Program-made: the position numbers and the translations under genes
Notes under the pieces: generated by a model
The model's database searches: none
Seen by the model: the letters and a program-made list of their open reading frames with translations, nothing else
What the model was told of the DNA's origin: nothing
Shown: positions 51,837-64,000 of the stretch, piece by piece
How positions within the stretch are numbered: the stretch's first letter is position 1
Layout: each line of letters begins with the position of its first letter
Assembly: GCF_036321535.1 (NCBI RefSeq)
Contig: NC_087437.1
Coordinates: forward strand, 106,332,001-106,396,000
DNA length: 64,000 nt
Source of the DNA: Camelus dromedarius
Taxonomy: Eukaryota
Reading direction: 5' to 3'

Positions 51837-53422
51837 TTACATTGTAATTAAAATATGCAGGACAGTCAATCTGTTTTCTCCATAGACAATACCGCTACAG
51901 CACAAAGCCTACCAGAAACTTCCTTCCAGGACTGAAGTTAGAGAAAAATAGATTAATGACTTTCTCCAAGAAAAATGACACCCTGTATTTAAATCCTTAA
52001 CCACTACTTATTTTAAACTAAAAGGAATTAAAGATTAGAGAAATCTGAACTCCAGGCTTCTATTGCCTTTAAACACATGCTAAATTTTTTTTTTTTAATG
52101 GGAAAACACAGAGATTAAATGCTAGCTGGGAGGCTGGCAAGGATCTGTTCCTAGAATATGCTGGCTTGGTTTAGGGGCTTATTGTTCAGCCTATTTAATG
52201 TCTTTTTCCATGTGCTCTCCTGCCATCAGAAAAAAAATAATAAAAGGCTTTAAAAGTGAGCATTAATTACCTGGCAGAACAAAACTGCTACTTTGGGACT
52301 CTGTTCCAACTGCAGATAAATTATGTTTGTGCATCTAGGCAGTGAAGCACCGTAAAAATCATATCATTTATTTAGTTAAGTGATCTGGTTATAGATACAG
52401 AATCCGCGGAATTAAGTACGTAATTTTTGAAAGTGCTTCTGTGGCACCCACAGAATTTCTAACTCACTGACTCTTCTTTCCCCATAAATTGTTACAGGAT
52501 TCTTACACTAAGTGTTACAATGAATTTCATTTTTCAGATACTCATTTGAAGCTTAAAAACAAAACACAAAGTACTTTATAGAACAAAAAGTGGAAGTACA
52601 AGGTATAGATGTCTGTTTTCATGCAGCAGCACTTAAATATCAAAAGTCAGAGCTTTAGGATGAGAAAGGCCTTTAACGTCTCTCTTCTCTGGTGTTCCCA
52701 CCCAGGGGCAAACTCTCAGCTCCTGCCTGAACAAAGAAGAATGTATCATTTTGCCTCCATCATGGACAGCTTGGTCTACTAGAACGGCTTTTCTTACATT
52801 AAGCCCAAATCAGTTTCCCCATTAACTTCCACTCTTCGACTGTTCAGCACAGAGAAGGCCTAAATGTCCCTTCTGCACTCCACTCTTGAACAGATCAGGC
52901 ACCAATGCTCCTGCTGACTCTCCTCCTACTCAGGCTGCATGTTACCAAGCTCCTTCAGCTCCCACGGGACCTCATTCCTTGCTTTTGGTTTAGTCACTTT
53001 TACATACTTGTCTACCAGGTGCTGTGAAACTTGCCACACATCTTGCCGATGAAAAGCAGTGTCCACAGCGTACGACGTGCTAGTTGTATATCACAGCCAA
53101 TACAAAGAGAAAAGAGGATGATTTCACAAGACCCAGGGAACCCATGCTGGTTGTGACAGATCACTGATTCCTTGGCCAATTGCTCAAAAAGCTTCCATTT
53201 AATAACCTATCTGAAAATGGACCCAAGATCAATGTCAATCTCCACCTGGCTTGTGGCTTGTGAAGCTGTCTTCTCTCCATTACTTGTCAGAAATACGTTG
53301 TTTTTTTCCTTTTCCTATCTTCCCAGCTCTGCATGGTTCCACAAAGATGGCAGAGAATGGTTCTACGATTTCACCCTGAAGTTCTCTTAGCCCAGGGTCG
53401 TAAAGACTTCGACTTGGACAAA

Positions 53423-53957
53423 GTGTGGTAGTTTTAAAATATATCCACAAATTTGTATATACTCCTCCCTTCAAGAGGGGGGACTTTATTCCCTTTCCTT
53501 GGGTGTAGACTGGATGTAGTGAGTTGCTTCTAGTCTACAGGTACATGGCACAAGTGATGGTGTATGACTGCTGGGGCTGGGTCATAGAAGGCAGCTTCAT
53601 TCTTAGTCTCTTGGATCCCTTGGTTGGGAGAAAGCCAGCAGCCATGTTGTGAGGACACTCAAGCATTCCTATGAAAAGGTTCACGTGGTGAGGAACTGAG
53701 GTCTCCGGCCAACAGCCGTGTGACTGAGCCATCTTGGAAAGAGTCACCAGCCCACGCCAAACTTCAAGCCCTTGGATGACTGCAGCTCTAGCAGATGTCT
53801 TGACTGCAACCTCCTGAGAGACCCTGAGCTTGAAGCATCCAGCTAAACCGTGCTTGAAATCCTTAGCATTACAGCAACTATAAGAAACTAAAAGCTTGTT
53901 GCTTTAAGTTGCTGATTTATGGGGTTATTTATTACATAGGAATAGAGAACACACACA
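53423..53957 (+). mobile_element. MaLR LTR (MLT1F/G-like) in intron 15
   Basis: tgtggtagttttaaaatatatccacaaa...gccatgttgtgaggacactcaag...gaggaactgagg...gactgcaacctcctgagagaccctgagc...gttgctttaag. Confidence 0.75.
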
Positions 53958-55088
53958 AGGGACTAGTGCTTTCTTTCCTCATCTTGATCTACCTTGGGCT
54001 TTAATTTCCTTTAAAGATCATTCTCTTTAACATACACATGAAAGACAGAAACGCAATCAAAATGGGACAGTTTTCCCTTCTCTCTTCTCTTTTAACTGGT
54101 CCTCTCATTGACTGTCCCCTGATCTCCCTAACCCCACCCCAAGAGCTGCAGGGTTCTCTAGTCTTATTATTTTCTGCCTTTAAAATTATTAGCATTTTCT
54201 CCTAAGTGTCATCTCATTCTGACCTCTAATCATCCTGACACAGATTTTTACTGGGCTGTGACACTAACAGTCTTCCATTTCTCGTCAGTTATATATTTTT
54301 ATCTTTCTACAAGCCCCTTTAAATCTGCGATCCTTATAGAACCAAAGTGATTTCTTTACACCTCACCTCTTTTTCTGTCATCAGGATCTAACAATGCAAT
54401 AGTTGAAATTGTATTTCTGAGATTTTAGGAAAACTCTACTGAATAGTCTTTCCTTTTAGATTTGTGGGACCAAATCATTACATTAAAAAAAAAAAAAGTA
54501 AAGAATGAGCTCTCCACTCAAAATTTTAAAAACCCACACTATTTCTGAAAGGATACCAAGGGTATTTTTGACGGTCAAAAAAAAAGTCAAATTCATGTAG
54601 CAAGTCAGAACAACAGATAATTACAGCTCAATTGTCCGCAAGATTCTCGGCAAAAAGAGCTCTTGCTGGTTCATTTTTGTACAGCACGTTCAGCCATTCA
54701 CTGAAAAGACTTTCTATATATTGAGCAAATCTCATTAAAGGGGGGAAGTTAATAAGCTTGCACCTGAGAAAACATCCCTGATAACAAGCTGATACTGCCT
54801 AGAATGAAATGTGATGAGAAGATTTAAGTAAACCTCCGGGACCTTTGTTTACAGTTTCACAAGATGCTTTTTCTGATTTGTGCCGATTCCATTCTAAGCT
54901 CTGGTGTGAGTCTCTTTGTTAAAATCACGATGAGTGAGGACAGCCTGCTATTCACTTGAAGAAGGGAAGCAGGTCCTTCAGGAAACCTTTCACAAAGCAT
55001 CTGGTTTCCTTTATTAGGACTGGAGAGGGCTGGTTAAAGTACAGTGGAAAGAGTAAGCTTTCTACCCTGTGAAGAGCCTGCTAACATA

Positions 55089-55541
55089 CAGACGCATCTC
55101 AGAGATACTGCGGGTTTAGTTCCAGACCACCCAGTAGAGTGACTATTGCAATAAAGTCATGCAAATTTTGGGGGTTCCCTTTCTGGATGCACATAAAAGT
55201 TATATTTGCACTATACTGTAGTCTAGTTTTTAAAAAGGAGCATATGGACCTGAATTAAAAATCGTTTACTGCTAAAAAATGCTAACCATCATCTAAGCCT
55301 TCAGTGGGTTGTAATCTTTTTGCAATAGTACATCAAAGATCACCGAGCACCATAATACAGCAGTAATAATACATAAGTGTGAAACCATGAGACAATCACC
55401 AAACTGTGACACAGAGACATGAGTAAGCAAATGCTCTTGGAAAAGTGGCACCGATAGACTTACTCGCCTCAGAGTTGCCACAAACCTTCAATTTGCAAAA
55501 CTCGCAGCATCTGGGAAGTGCAATAAAACGAGGTATGCCTG
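55089..55541 (-). mobile_element. Internally deleted Tigger1 derivative (Tc1/mariner MITE)
   Basis: Both Tigger1 ends (cagacgcatctcagagatactgcgggtttagttccagaccac... and ...gcaataaaacgaggtatgcctg) flanked by TA at 55087-55088 and 55542-55543. Confidence 0.85.
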
Positions 55542-55762
55542 TATTTTTCTTCCTTATTCTGGTCAAATGGTAACTGGTAACTTGTCCTTCAGAGTCTATT
55601 TCTCTCTGGGAATAAGCCTAGGGGAGCAGCTGTCATGGCCACCGTCCCCAGAAATCACCTATGATAGTGTGGTGTTCCCTTCTTAACACTAGAAGTTACC
55701 AAGCCCTGGTATTTCAGATATGAAAGTCAAGGAGAAGTCATCTTCCTCAGTTGTGATTATAC

Positions 55763-56753
55763 AAAAGCCCTTTCTTTACTTGTTTCAGAGGGACAACAGT
55801 GATTATTCAAAAAACAATGCCATCAATTCAGTGACACGATTTGACAATTCTGGAAAGGGTTTCTAGGTTTGGAAAAACTAAAGACATAATTCAGTACATT
55901 AGACTCACGCAGGTGGTCTCATAAAAGTGTGATGACAAAGAATCAAAACTAACGCTAGAAAATTGGGGGGGAATTGGTCCAAATGCTCGAAAGACTCACT
56001 ACAAGCACAAGAATACAGAGCACATGTATGTCTTAACACACATCCAGCAAATAGAGCTATTCATATACATAATTTAATCAGAATCTCCCTCACTTCCTAC
56101 CTGAGCATTCTTTTCCATCTATGGCCCTTTTCTACTGGGGGGTTCCAAGCCTCACAATGGTGTAATAAAGCAAACTTGGCCCAGGCCATACTTTCTTCTG
56201 TATAGAATTGCTCCCCTCATCTTTGCCAATGGGGTGGACCTAGCACCTCTCAAAACCTGTCCTGAAGCTCACCCCCAGCAAATCCCTGACTGACACACAC
56301 CTTGGTTACGGCCCCGTCTGCTCACGCCCCAAACAAACGCCACGAGGTGCTTTGCACTTTACGTCGCTTTGCTCTTTCCAGCCTTTCTGACTCCTTCTCA
56401 TCTTTCTAATTATGCAAAGTGTGGCCCTTCTATTACACTTCAAACTCCTGAGAGTGGGGACCTTCTCACTTAGTTTCTTTCAACCCTCCAGAGCAGTTGC
56501 AGGGTCTTTGTGAAGTATCGAAATGAGATATTCCTATTGTTACAGCGAAGCTTTTAGAAGGGGTTCCTTCCCATCTATATATTACCTCTAACTGTTCTCT
56601 GGTTCTTCCCCTAAAAAGCCCTTTCTTTACTTGTTTCAAAGTGACTACAATGATTATTCAAAAAAAACAATGCCATCAGTTGAATGACATGATGTGACAA
56701 TCCTGGAAAGGGTTTCTAAGTTTGGAAAATCGAATGATATAATTCAGCACATT
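55763..56753 (+). repeat. Dispersed direct repeat: two ~140-bp copies (55763-55900 and 56614-56753)
   Basis: Manual alignment gives about 16 substitutions and one 2-nt indel. Confidence 0.9.
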
Positions 56754-58444
56754 GTAAGGAAAAGTCCTTATTGTGTTAAGATTTTTTTTTTTTTTAAAAA
56801 AGAACAAAAAACCCCCAAAAACAAAAAACCCCAACTTTGGTGGTGTTACCTCTTCCTGGGTATTTCAGGAGGAACATAATAGCCCAGTGTTCCCAATGTA
56901 GCAACTTAATAATAAAATTGGTTGAATGAGTGCTTCTAATGCACATTTTATGCTGGCAAACGAAAAGCATCTCTTCCTTTAAAAATAAAGTAGGAAGCAC
57001 CATGAAATAAAGGCCCAAGCTGGTCTCGGCTGCAGTTAGAATGTAACTGACTTTCAGCCTTGGGCCCCACCCGTGGGCTGAGCAGGACAGGGACGTGCCA
57101 ATTGCTGGTTCCCTGAAATTCACTTGTGTGACACTGGCAATAAGGAAGATGTTAGGAGAGCTAAGACTGTGTCTGACTTACTATCATTTAAACTCTTCTG
57201 AAAAGCCCTACAGAAAGAGACATAAAATCAAGGAGATCGGCTGTCAAGATGTGTCACTCCATTGTCCCTGCTGCCCTGTTAATTACAGCGTAGAGGCATG
57301 AAGACGCCACAAGGCAGACTCTGAATTTCTCGCCAGTGATTGTGGTTGGAGGCAGATGTAACATGAGCCTTTGCTGGCAGAGAGAAGGGCAGGGTCTGCT
57401 GGGCCCCGCTGCTGACTGTATCTGACCCAGGGAGCAAAGGTCGACCTCCACGTGGTAGCATCTCCAAATGAGGTTAGCTCCCTGTTCCTTGATTACTGCG
57501 CGGGGACATTACGACGATAAAGAGGAAAACAAACATGGGTAGGTTTGCACTGTTAAGAGTAAAATCTCCCCAGAACATACATATTTTTAATTCAGTAACT
57601 TTTCTCCTCTTTTTGATTCACTGAAAGCAACTATCAGTTGGGTGAGGTTGTGCACAGAGTCAAAACCAGGCATGTATATGCTTCTGCTGTGGTTTGACAT
57701 TATTCTTAAAACTGAGTTTGAGAAATGGGATCAATACAGAACAAAGGTGAAAATGCATTTCTTCTTAATGCCTGGGAAACTACAAAAAAAGAAGCATCCG
57801 TCCATACCGGTGTGAATGGGAATTTTAAGTAGCATTAAAAAATAAAGGACTTCTTTGTAAAATTAGGCATGTACATCAGTTGTGTTTTAGCCACCCATCA
57901 AGAATAAATACATTCAACCCGTAAAAGATAAAATGTAAATAGTTCTGGGCTCTAGAGATACTCCAATTCTGATATTTTTAGGGAGTCATGTCTACTTGAG
58001 GAACTGACTGAAGTTTGAGCCCAGTTCAGTTAGAAACTGACCATCCAGACACCAAACAAGAAAGGCAGGATAAGGTGTGTTCACAGCAGTAACCAGGTCG
58101 CCACCAGACAGAGTCTGCATCTGTGCAGGTTTCCATTTTTGAGGCCAGACAGGCTCTATATAACCCTCTCCACTTGAAAAAAGAAAAAACTAAAAGTTGG
58201 ACGGGCTCTCTTTTACTGTTTCCAAAGGAACGCTCGGAAAGAAAAAACAGATCACCTAATTAGGAACTTGGGAAATGAAGTGTAAGGAAAAGCAAAGGGG
58301 TCTTTAAAAAAAAAAGTGCGGTTTCCATGGCCATTTCAAATCCTACTTGTCTATAGTTGCGATTCAGAGAGGCTGGTCCTGAAGCAAGGGGCTGCGTCTG
58401 CGCAAGCGCGAGATGCGGAGGGGTGGAGGGCACCCGGGCTGTAC

Positions 58445-58498
58445 CTGGTCGAGTGGTCAGTCCTCGGTCGGCAGCAGGGCGGGCGTCAACAGGCTCGA
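58445..58498 (-). CDS. APP: APP exon 15 (cassette exon skipped in L-APP isoforms)
   Basis: 54 bp, translates (V)EPVDARPAADRGLTTRP(G). CAG acceptor at 58499-58501, GT donor at 58444. Phase-symmetric and in frame with exon 16. Confidence 0.98.
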
Positions 58499-61400
58499 CT
58501 GGGCACAGGAAGCAAGATACACGGAAAGCAAACAAGACAAATCGAGACGGTAAGTTGTGGCTCCTGAACACAGTGCAGGGAAAAGCATGTGCAATACACA
58601 AGTTATAAAAACGGAGCAGCTGGAAAAGAACCACAGTGAGTTAATCCCGAGCACCAAGGATGGGAGGGGTACCACTTCAAATGGCTTATCGCTACCGATG
58701 TGCCAGCCCTGCTCCTCAGTCTTCTAATGAAAGCACTCACCAGGATACGCGGCAACATCAAAGAAGAGGGGCTGGGGCGGGTGGGTTTCCTCTCAGCGAG
58801 TTTAGAGATAGTTTCTTGGCTTTTGATTAGAAGTGAAATACGTTATGCCCAGCCCAGTGGAAAATCTTAAAGATACTTCCCTTTACAACTGTCCAAGCTT
58901 ATCTTATTTTACAGTTAATTAACTACAAAAGGACTCCGTTAAATCCCCAGGGGAAATGCAAATATGAATTTATCAGGAGAGGAGAGTTTCACCACATAAT
59001 CTGCCATTTAGCGAATCAAATTTGTTCCTCTTTTGAGGGTAGAAGAGGTAAACCAGAAAGTTCTTCTCTCTCTATTTTTTAAAGGCTGGTTTCTGTTTCA
59101 TAGATGACACACAGTTTACAGTTGAAATATGCAAGGTGTGACTATTTCCTTCCGCATCGGTCACCTTTCACAATTTTTCCTTGGTGAGTGTGCTGGGTCT
59201 GACCCAAAGAAAACACTGCGGGCAGCACAAGAATGCCCACCATTGTTTTCCATTATTTCCAAAGTGCTTCTGGTTCTCAGGAAATATTACCTTGAACTTA
59301 CCCTGGTCTTTGAAGAAATAGGCAAGGGAGACACAGAAAGCTTTTAGGATTAATACATGGACAAGTGGCCCGTGAAGCCAGGAGGGAGGGAAAAAGCCCG
59401 GGGAAGGCCTGGGAAGGACAGAGGTGAGAAGGTAGGGAAAAGTGTGCAGAGGTGTCCGCAAGAAGAGAAGGGGCGCTGGATGGGATGGCATCTGGATCAG
59501 CAATTTCAGTAAGACCAGCCAGCTTACTGATGCACACAGCCCAGGCATTCCAAGATGGGATTATAAGTCCAAATCGATTTTGAATGACACACGCTGGCAG
59601 AACAGTGAGGGAGAACCAAGCGGCAGCAAGCCAAGTCTTCAAAATAGGAGAACACGATGTTGCTGAGAATACCAAGACATTTGGATGCATCAAAAGAGAA
59701 AAGTGGGCTGGTCCGTTATCATGCAGACTGGCAGCACGGTGGAGAAAGAAAGACCGAGGCATGTACTAAACCCAACATACATGATGGAAGCGACGTTGGG
59801 CAAATGACCATTTCTAAGGCTGTTTCTTCTTGGGTAAAACAGAAATAATAATGACTGTGTCTTATAATTGTAATGAGGAACAAACATTTTTTTAAACCTA
59901 CTTCTGAAACTCTCAAATACTATACAACTGCATTTATTAAACATCCCACTTATGAAATATCCTAATGACTTATCTCTAAGGCTCTATTCCTGTATCAGAT
60001 TAAGACATCCTTCCTTCAGCAACTCCCAAATACACCTGAACAGTAACTGCTTCTTTATATTCCATCTTTTCCCCCGTCCACAACAACACAGCGCGAGGGA
60101 CTTTTTTACTCCTTGTAAAATGTGTTAACTGGAGGATTATTATACTTTTGGAGAACTTTCTGATGACAAAAGCCCCAAATGGTGCTTCAGTTGAAGGTAA
60201 GAATGGACCAAAGCCAAGTCACAGAGCAAAAAAGTAACTTTAAGTGGTGATCACCTTCAACAGTTAAGTCACTAGACACGGTCTCTGACTCACAGAGAAG
60301 CAGCTGAACCTGTGGTTTCAATGTAGGCTGAAGACTTGGTAGTCAGTCCCAGGGACGACTTTAAAGCCATCACCATCCACCACTAAAACTCTCAGCGAAA
60401 ACTACATTCTTTCTGAGCCTCGGTTTTGTCACAGGGAAGCTGGGTTTTTCCAGGGCTTATTTGCACACATATGCCAAAGAACCTGACAAATGATAAAGCC
60501 CTCTTCCATCATTATTCAAGAGAATATTGAAAAGTATCAAATATGCCTAGGAAAAAGTCTGAAAGGTATGACCACAAAAAGCTATCATCAGTTTATTCTG
60601 GATCAGAAGATCATTCCTCTGAATTTCTCTGCCTCCTTGTTTCAAGGTGCATGTATTATTTGAAAACAGTAATAAAATCTTTTTTTATTTTTTAGGAAGA
60701 TAAAGAATAACAGTTTTAGGGACTTAAACTTTAGTTTGCTTTAACAGAGTGAGGCTGATTTAGTAGGAATTAATATTCAAAAAATAAATAAACTTGTGTG
60801 TTCAGTGATCGGACATCCATACATTTTAAAAAAGATAATTACATCATCGCAAAAAAAAAAAAAAGAATATACATTGTCAAGATAAAGTAGTGCATTATTT
60901 CCCAAAACAAAATCAATACTTCCTAATTTTCAAATGGACCATTACTTGTTGAACTGGAAAGAAACTTGAATATAGTCTTCAAAACATGTTACTTTGGCTG
61001 TTTAGTAAATGGGAAATAAGAAACAGATCACCTTACAGAGGTAAAATAAAGCTTAAGCAGGAATGTGTTATTCCACTGCCTTCAGCAGCTCTGAATCAAT
61101 GGTCCCTTATGAAAAGAAAGACAGAGAATGATGGAAACTCGAGGACTTTTGAGTTTGTTAGTTCTGGCATTCCCTGTGAGAGACCAAGTCTAAGCTAGAT
61201 GCTGCCTAGCCTAAATTCCCCTCCCCACCATGCCTAAGTTAGTGATGGAGGAGTCGGCAGGAAACCGGTTTTACTGTAGATAAGAGAGGCCTGAAAAGGA
61301 CTGCCTGGCAAGTCTGATGAAAGACATTAATCTCAGTTTCCCCATTTAAGTGATTTGTTCATTGCTGCTTTACAGCTAAGCGGGAATCTACCAGAGGGCA

Positions 61401-61959
61401 ACTTCACGATGCAACCAAACACGTCCAGTCTTACAAGACCCGCTGCACCTCTTGAAAAATATTACAGCATTTTATGTATGTTTTACACATAGGGGAGCTG
61501 ACTGTTGGCCACAACGAGTTTCTGGTGGCCACTGCATCCCATGTTGCCCTTCGGGCTGGCCTGCTCAGGCGATCAGGAAAATGCAGAACAAACAAAACGC
61601 TATCAACACAAAAGCTTTCAGTTGGACGATTTCACCACCCATGAGAACAACCGTTTTATAAACAACGGCTTCACTTGAGTTTAGCCATTTCAGTTTTGTG
61701 GATCAGAAAAACCACAGAATAAAAATGCCTGAAGGCAAATCGCAGCTGGCCAAAGAGCCTAAAAATACTGGAAAACTGTGTTCCTGATACGCTTATTTTT
61801 TCAGTGTAAATTAAAAGAATGTCTGGGTGTCTGATCCTCTCTGTGGATCTGACTGATTGTTCTTGAGAAAAACAACAAAGTTTTTGGTCGGCACTTGAAG
61901 CTCGGATGATAAGGGCTGCAGGAACAATGAGAGGAAATTCTTTGAGGATTTTAGATATT

Positions 61960-62081
61960 TTATTTTATTTTTTTGAGGTAATTGGGTTTATTTATTTATT
62001 TTGTAAGGGAGTCAATAGAGGATTGAACCCAGGACCTTATGCATGGTAGGCATGCACTCTACCACTGAGCTATACCCACCC
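61960..62081 (-). mobile_element. Vic-1-type SINE in intron 14
   Basis: gattgaacccaggacc...catgcactctaccactgagctatacccaccc with a gaggtaattgggt(ttat)n tail. Confidence 0.88.
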
Positions 62082-63302
62082 TGCCGAGAACTTAACATAT
62101 TTTCAGTAGCCCTGTGTGCAAGCACATGTCTGTAAAAGTCACGAGAAACAAGGAGAAGAGGGAGATGGGGAGAAAGGATAAGATTTGGGGACTATTATAG
62201 GGCTTGCTATATACATTAATTTTAAGGATATACTGTTTGGGGCACAGAGTATCTCTCCTTGAGACAAGCTGGTAAAACCTCTCTAATGAGATCCTGGTTC
62301 TATTAAAAAAAAAAAAACAAAACTACCACTGAACATTTACTATGTTCCAGGGGCTTTGCTAAGAGGTCTTCATACCATCTCAACTAATGTGCACATCCTA
62401 TCTTTAAGTTAGGAATTGTTATCAGCTTTATTTCACAGACTGGGAAATAGCCTGAGAGGCTCTGTGAGTTGCCCAAAATGACACAGCAGAAATGGAATTT
62501 AAACTCTGATCCACATCATTCCAGAATGTGGGATGGTGAGGAAAGTGGAGGTGACTTTGGTTGTCACTATGACTGGAGAAGGAGGGAAGACACTCGTGGC
62601 TTTTAGTGGGGATCTGGGATGCTAGATGACATGCATGGGGCAGTCCCACACAAATAAAAATTGTTCCACACTCTATGCAGCTTCCTAAATTCCTGCTGGA
62701 CATTTATGTATTTATGACAATGTGAGTCCAAAACTTAAGTCAGCTTTATATATAAACACCAAGCATTTCTGCAACAATTCCTACTGTAGGCTGGATCTCC
62801 CTGGAGCTCCCCAATGGATAAAATGAAGAAAGGATGTTTAATTCAGAGCCCCCTTAGCAGTCTGCACCTGTATTTGTCACATCCATTTGGGGGCAGACAC
62901 CCGACTGCCATTGTTTCCATGGGAGTCAAGCCTGAACACTCACATGTTAAAACACTTACTATAAATCACGCCCATTATATTGACTTTCCCCTCTAAACTG
63001 TGTCAGTTCATTTTGTTTTAAGATTCATCATTAAGGAGTCCTCTCAAAATATGATAAAAGGAGTGTTGGTCTGATAATGGTGAAAACCAGAATTCAAACT
63101 CTCTGAGATCTTAAATATTATTGCCTCCAATACTGTCATGTACGAGTTTGCTGTTTATCAGTAACATTCTTTTTTAAACAAGAATAGTAGCTCTTTTGAT
63201 GAGACTCAGTCAATGTAATGACTGTACGCTGGTGAACGATCTAGAGGCGCTCAGTCACGGACTCTGCCCAACCGGGCATCTACCCTGGCTGTACCCAAGG
63301 GC

Positions 63303-63304
<2 letters not shown>

Positions 63305-63342
<38 letters not shown>

Positions 63343-63371
63343 TGTGTGCGTGCGTGTGTGTGTGTGTGTGT
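63305..63371. repeat. Interrupted (TG)n microsatellite
   Basis: About 33 alternating purine-pyrimidine units, directly visible. Confidence 0.95.
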
Positions 63372-64000
63372 CTGCCTGCAGACTGTCTCGCAGGACCAGC
63401 TCTACCATGTGTGCTGTTAGGAACGTGAGCCCAATGGCCACAAGCCACCTGACACTCTCAGAGCCCACTTCCGAGCAGAAGTGGTGGTCCACGGTGTTGT
63501 GGGGTCTCTCCAAATTGGTTTTGTTCTTCACCTTCAAAAAGCAGATGACTTTGGGGAAAGCACAATATAGTTAATCCAGTCTTCTTTGGATTATTTGGCA
63601 AGTTGGGGGAGGGAAAAAAAATCACAGCTTGCCTCCTAACTTGGACCAAGACTTCTTTACTTCTTAAGTGATGTGGGGGAATTGTTAAGGGGCAGAAGGA
63701 TAAGAAAACAGGGGCAGTGTTCTGTTGACGATGGCATCAGGATTTGGATTTCAAGAAGCGGCTTTAGTGAAATAAAATCGTTTCTTTCTATATTTCTACA
63801 TAAAACAAACAATCAATATTCCTTCCATTTTTTCCCAAGACGAAATGGATCTGTTTGGCTAACATAAACAGCTTGTTTAATGGAATGCATATAATATTTA
63901 ATGGAGACCATATATATATGTATGCATATGAATAAATTCAGAGGCAAGATAAAATGCTTAGGGCATAAAAGGGCAGATTCATTTAACTGTTGGTATTATA

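Noticed and set aside
58260..58634. 124-aa minus ORF (and the tail of the ORF at 48785-48970) as full CDSs
   Set aside because: Only the splice-bounded portions match APP. The rest is intron read-through.
58501..64000. APP exon 14
   Set aside because: No sequence encoding the expected ...PANTENE end was found. It presumably lies beyond the window.

Overview
Mammalian genomic DNA, most likely camelid (camel, alpaca or llama), judged from eight copies of a tRNA-Ala-derived SINE matching the camelid Vic-1 family. The window holds the 3' end of the amyloid-beta precursor protein gene APP on the minus strand. Present are coding exons 15 (54 bp), 16 (101 bp), 17 (147 bp) and 18 (102 coding bp) in APP770 numbering, all with GT-AG boundaries, and a ~1.25 kb 3' UTR with two poly(A) signal regions. 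The encoded amyloid-beta is identical to the human peptide. Exon 14 and earlier lie beyond the right edge. Positions 1 to ~39,600 are repeat-rich intergenic DNA (L1, L2, ERV1/ERVL/MaLR LTRs, MER DNA elements, SINEs) with no supportable protein-coding gene. Nearly all other listed ORFs are chance or repeat-derived. I found no new multi-gene system. The most notable observations are lineage-specific changes in the APP 3' UTR: a sense-oriented tRNA-like SINE between the two poly(A) sites that adds an AATAAA, an apparently broken miR-101 site, and a remodelled G-quadruplex. Also notable are a strong CTCF motif before the last exon, a ~140 bp dispersed duplication in intron 15, and several composite, nested or inverted retro-insertions. 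Repeat family names and human comparisons come from recall, not from a search.
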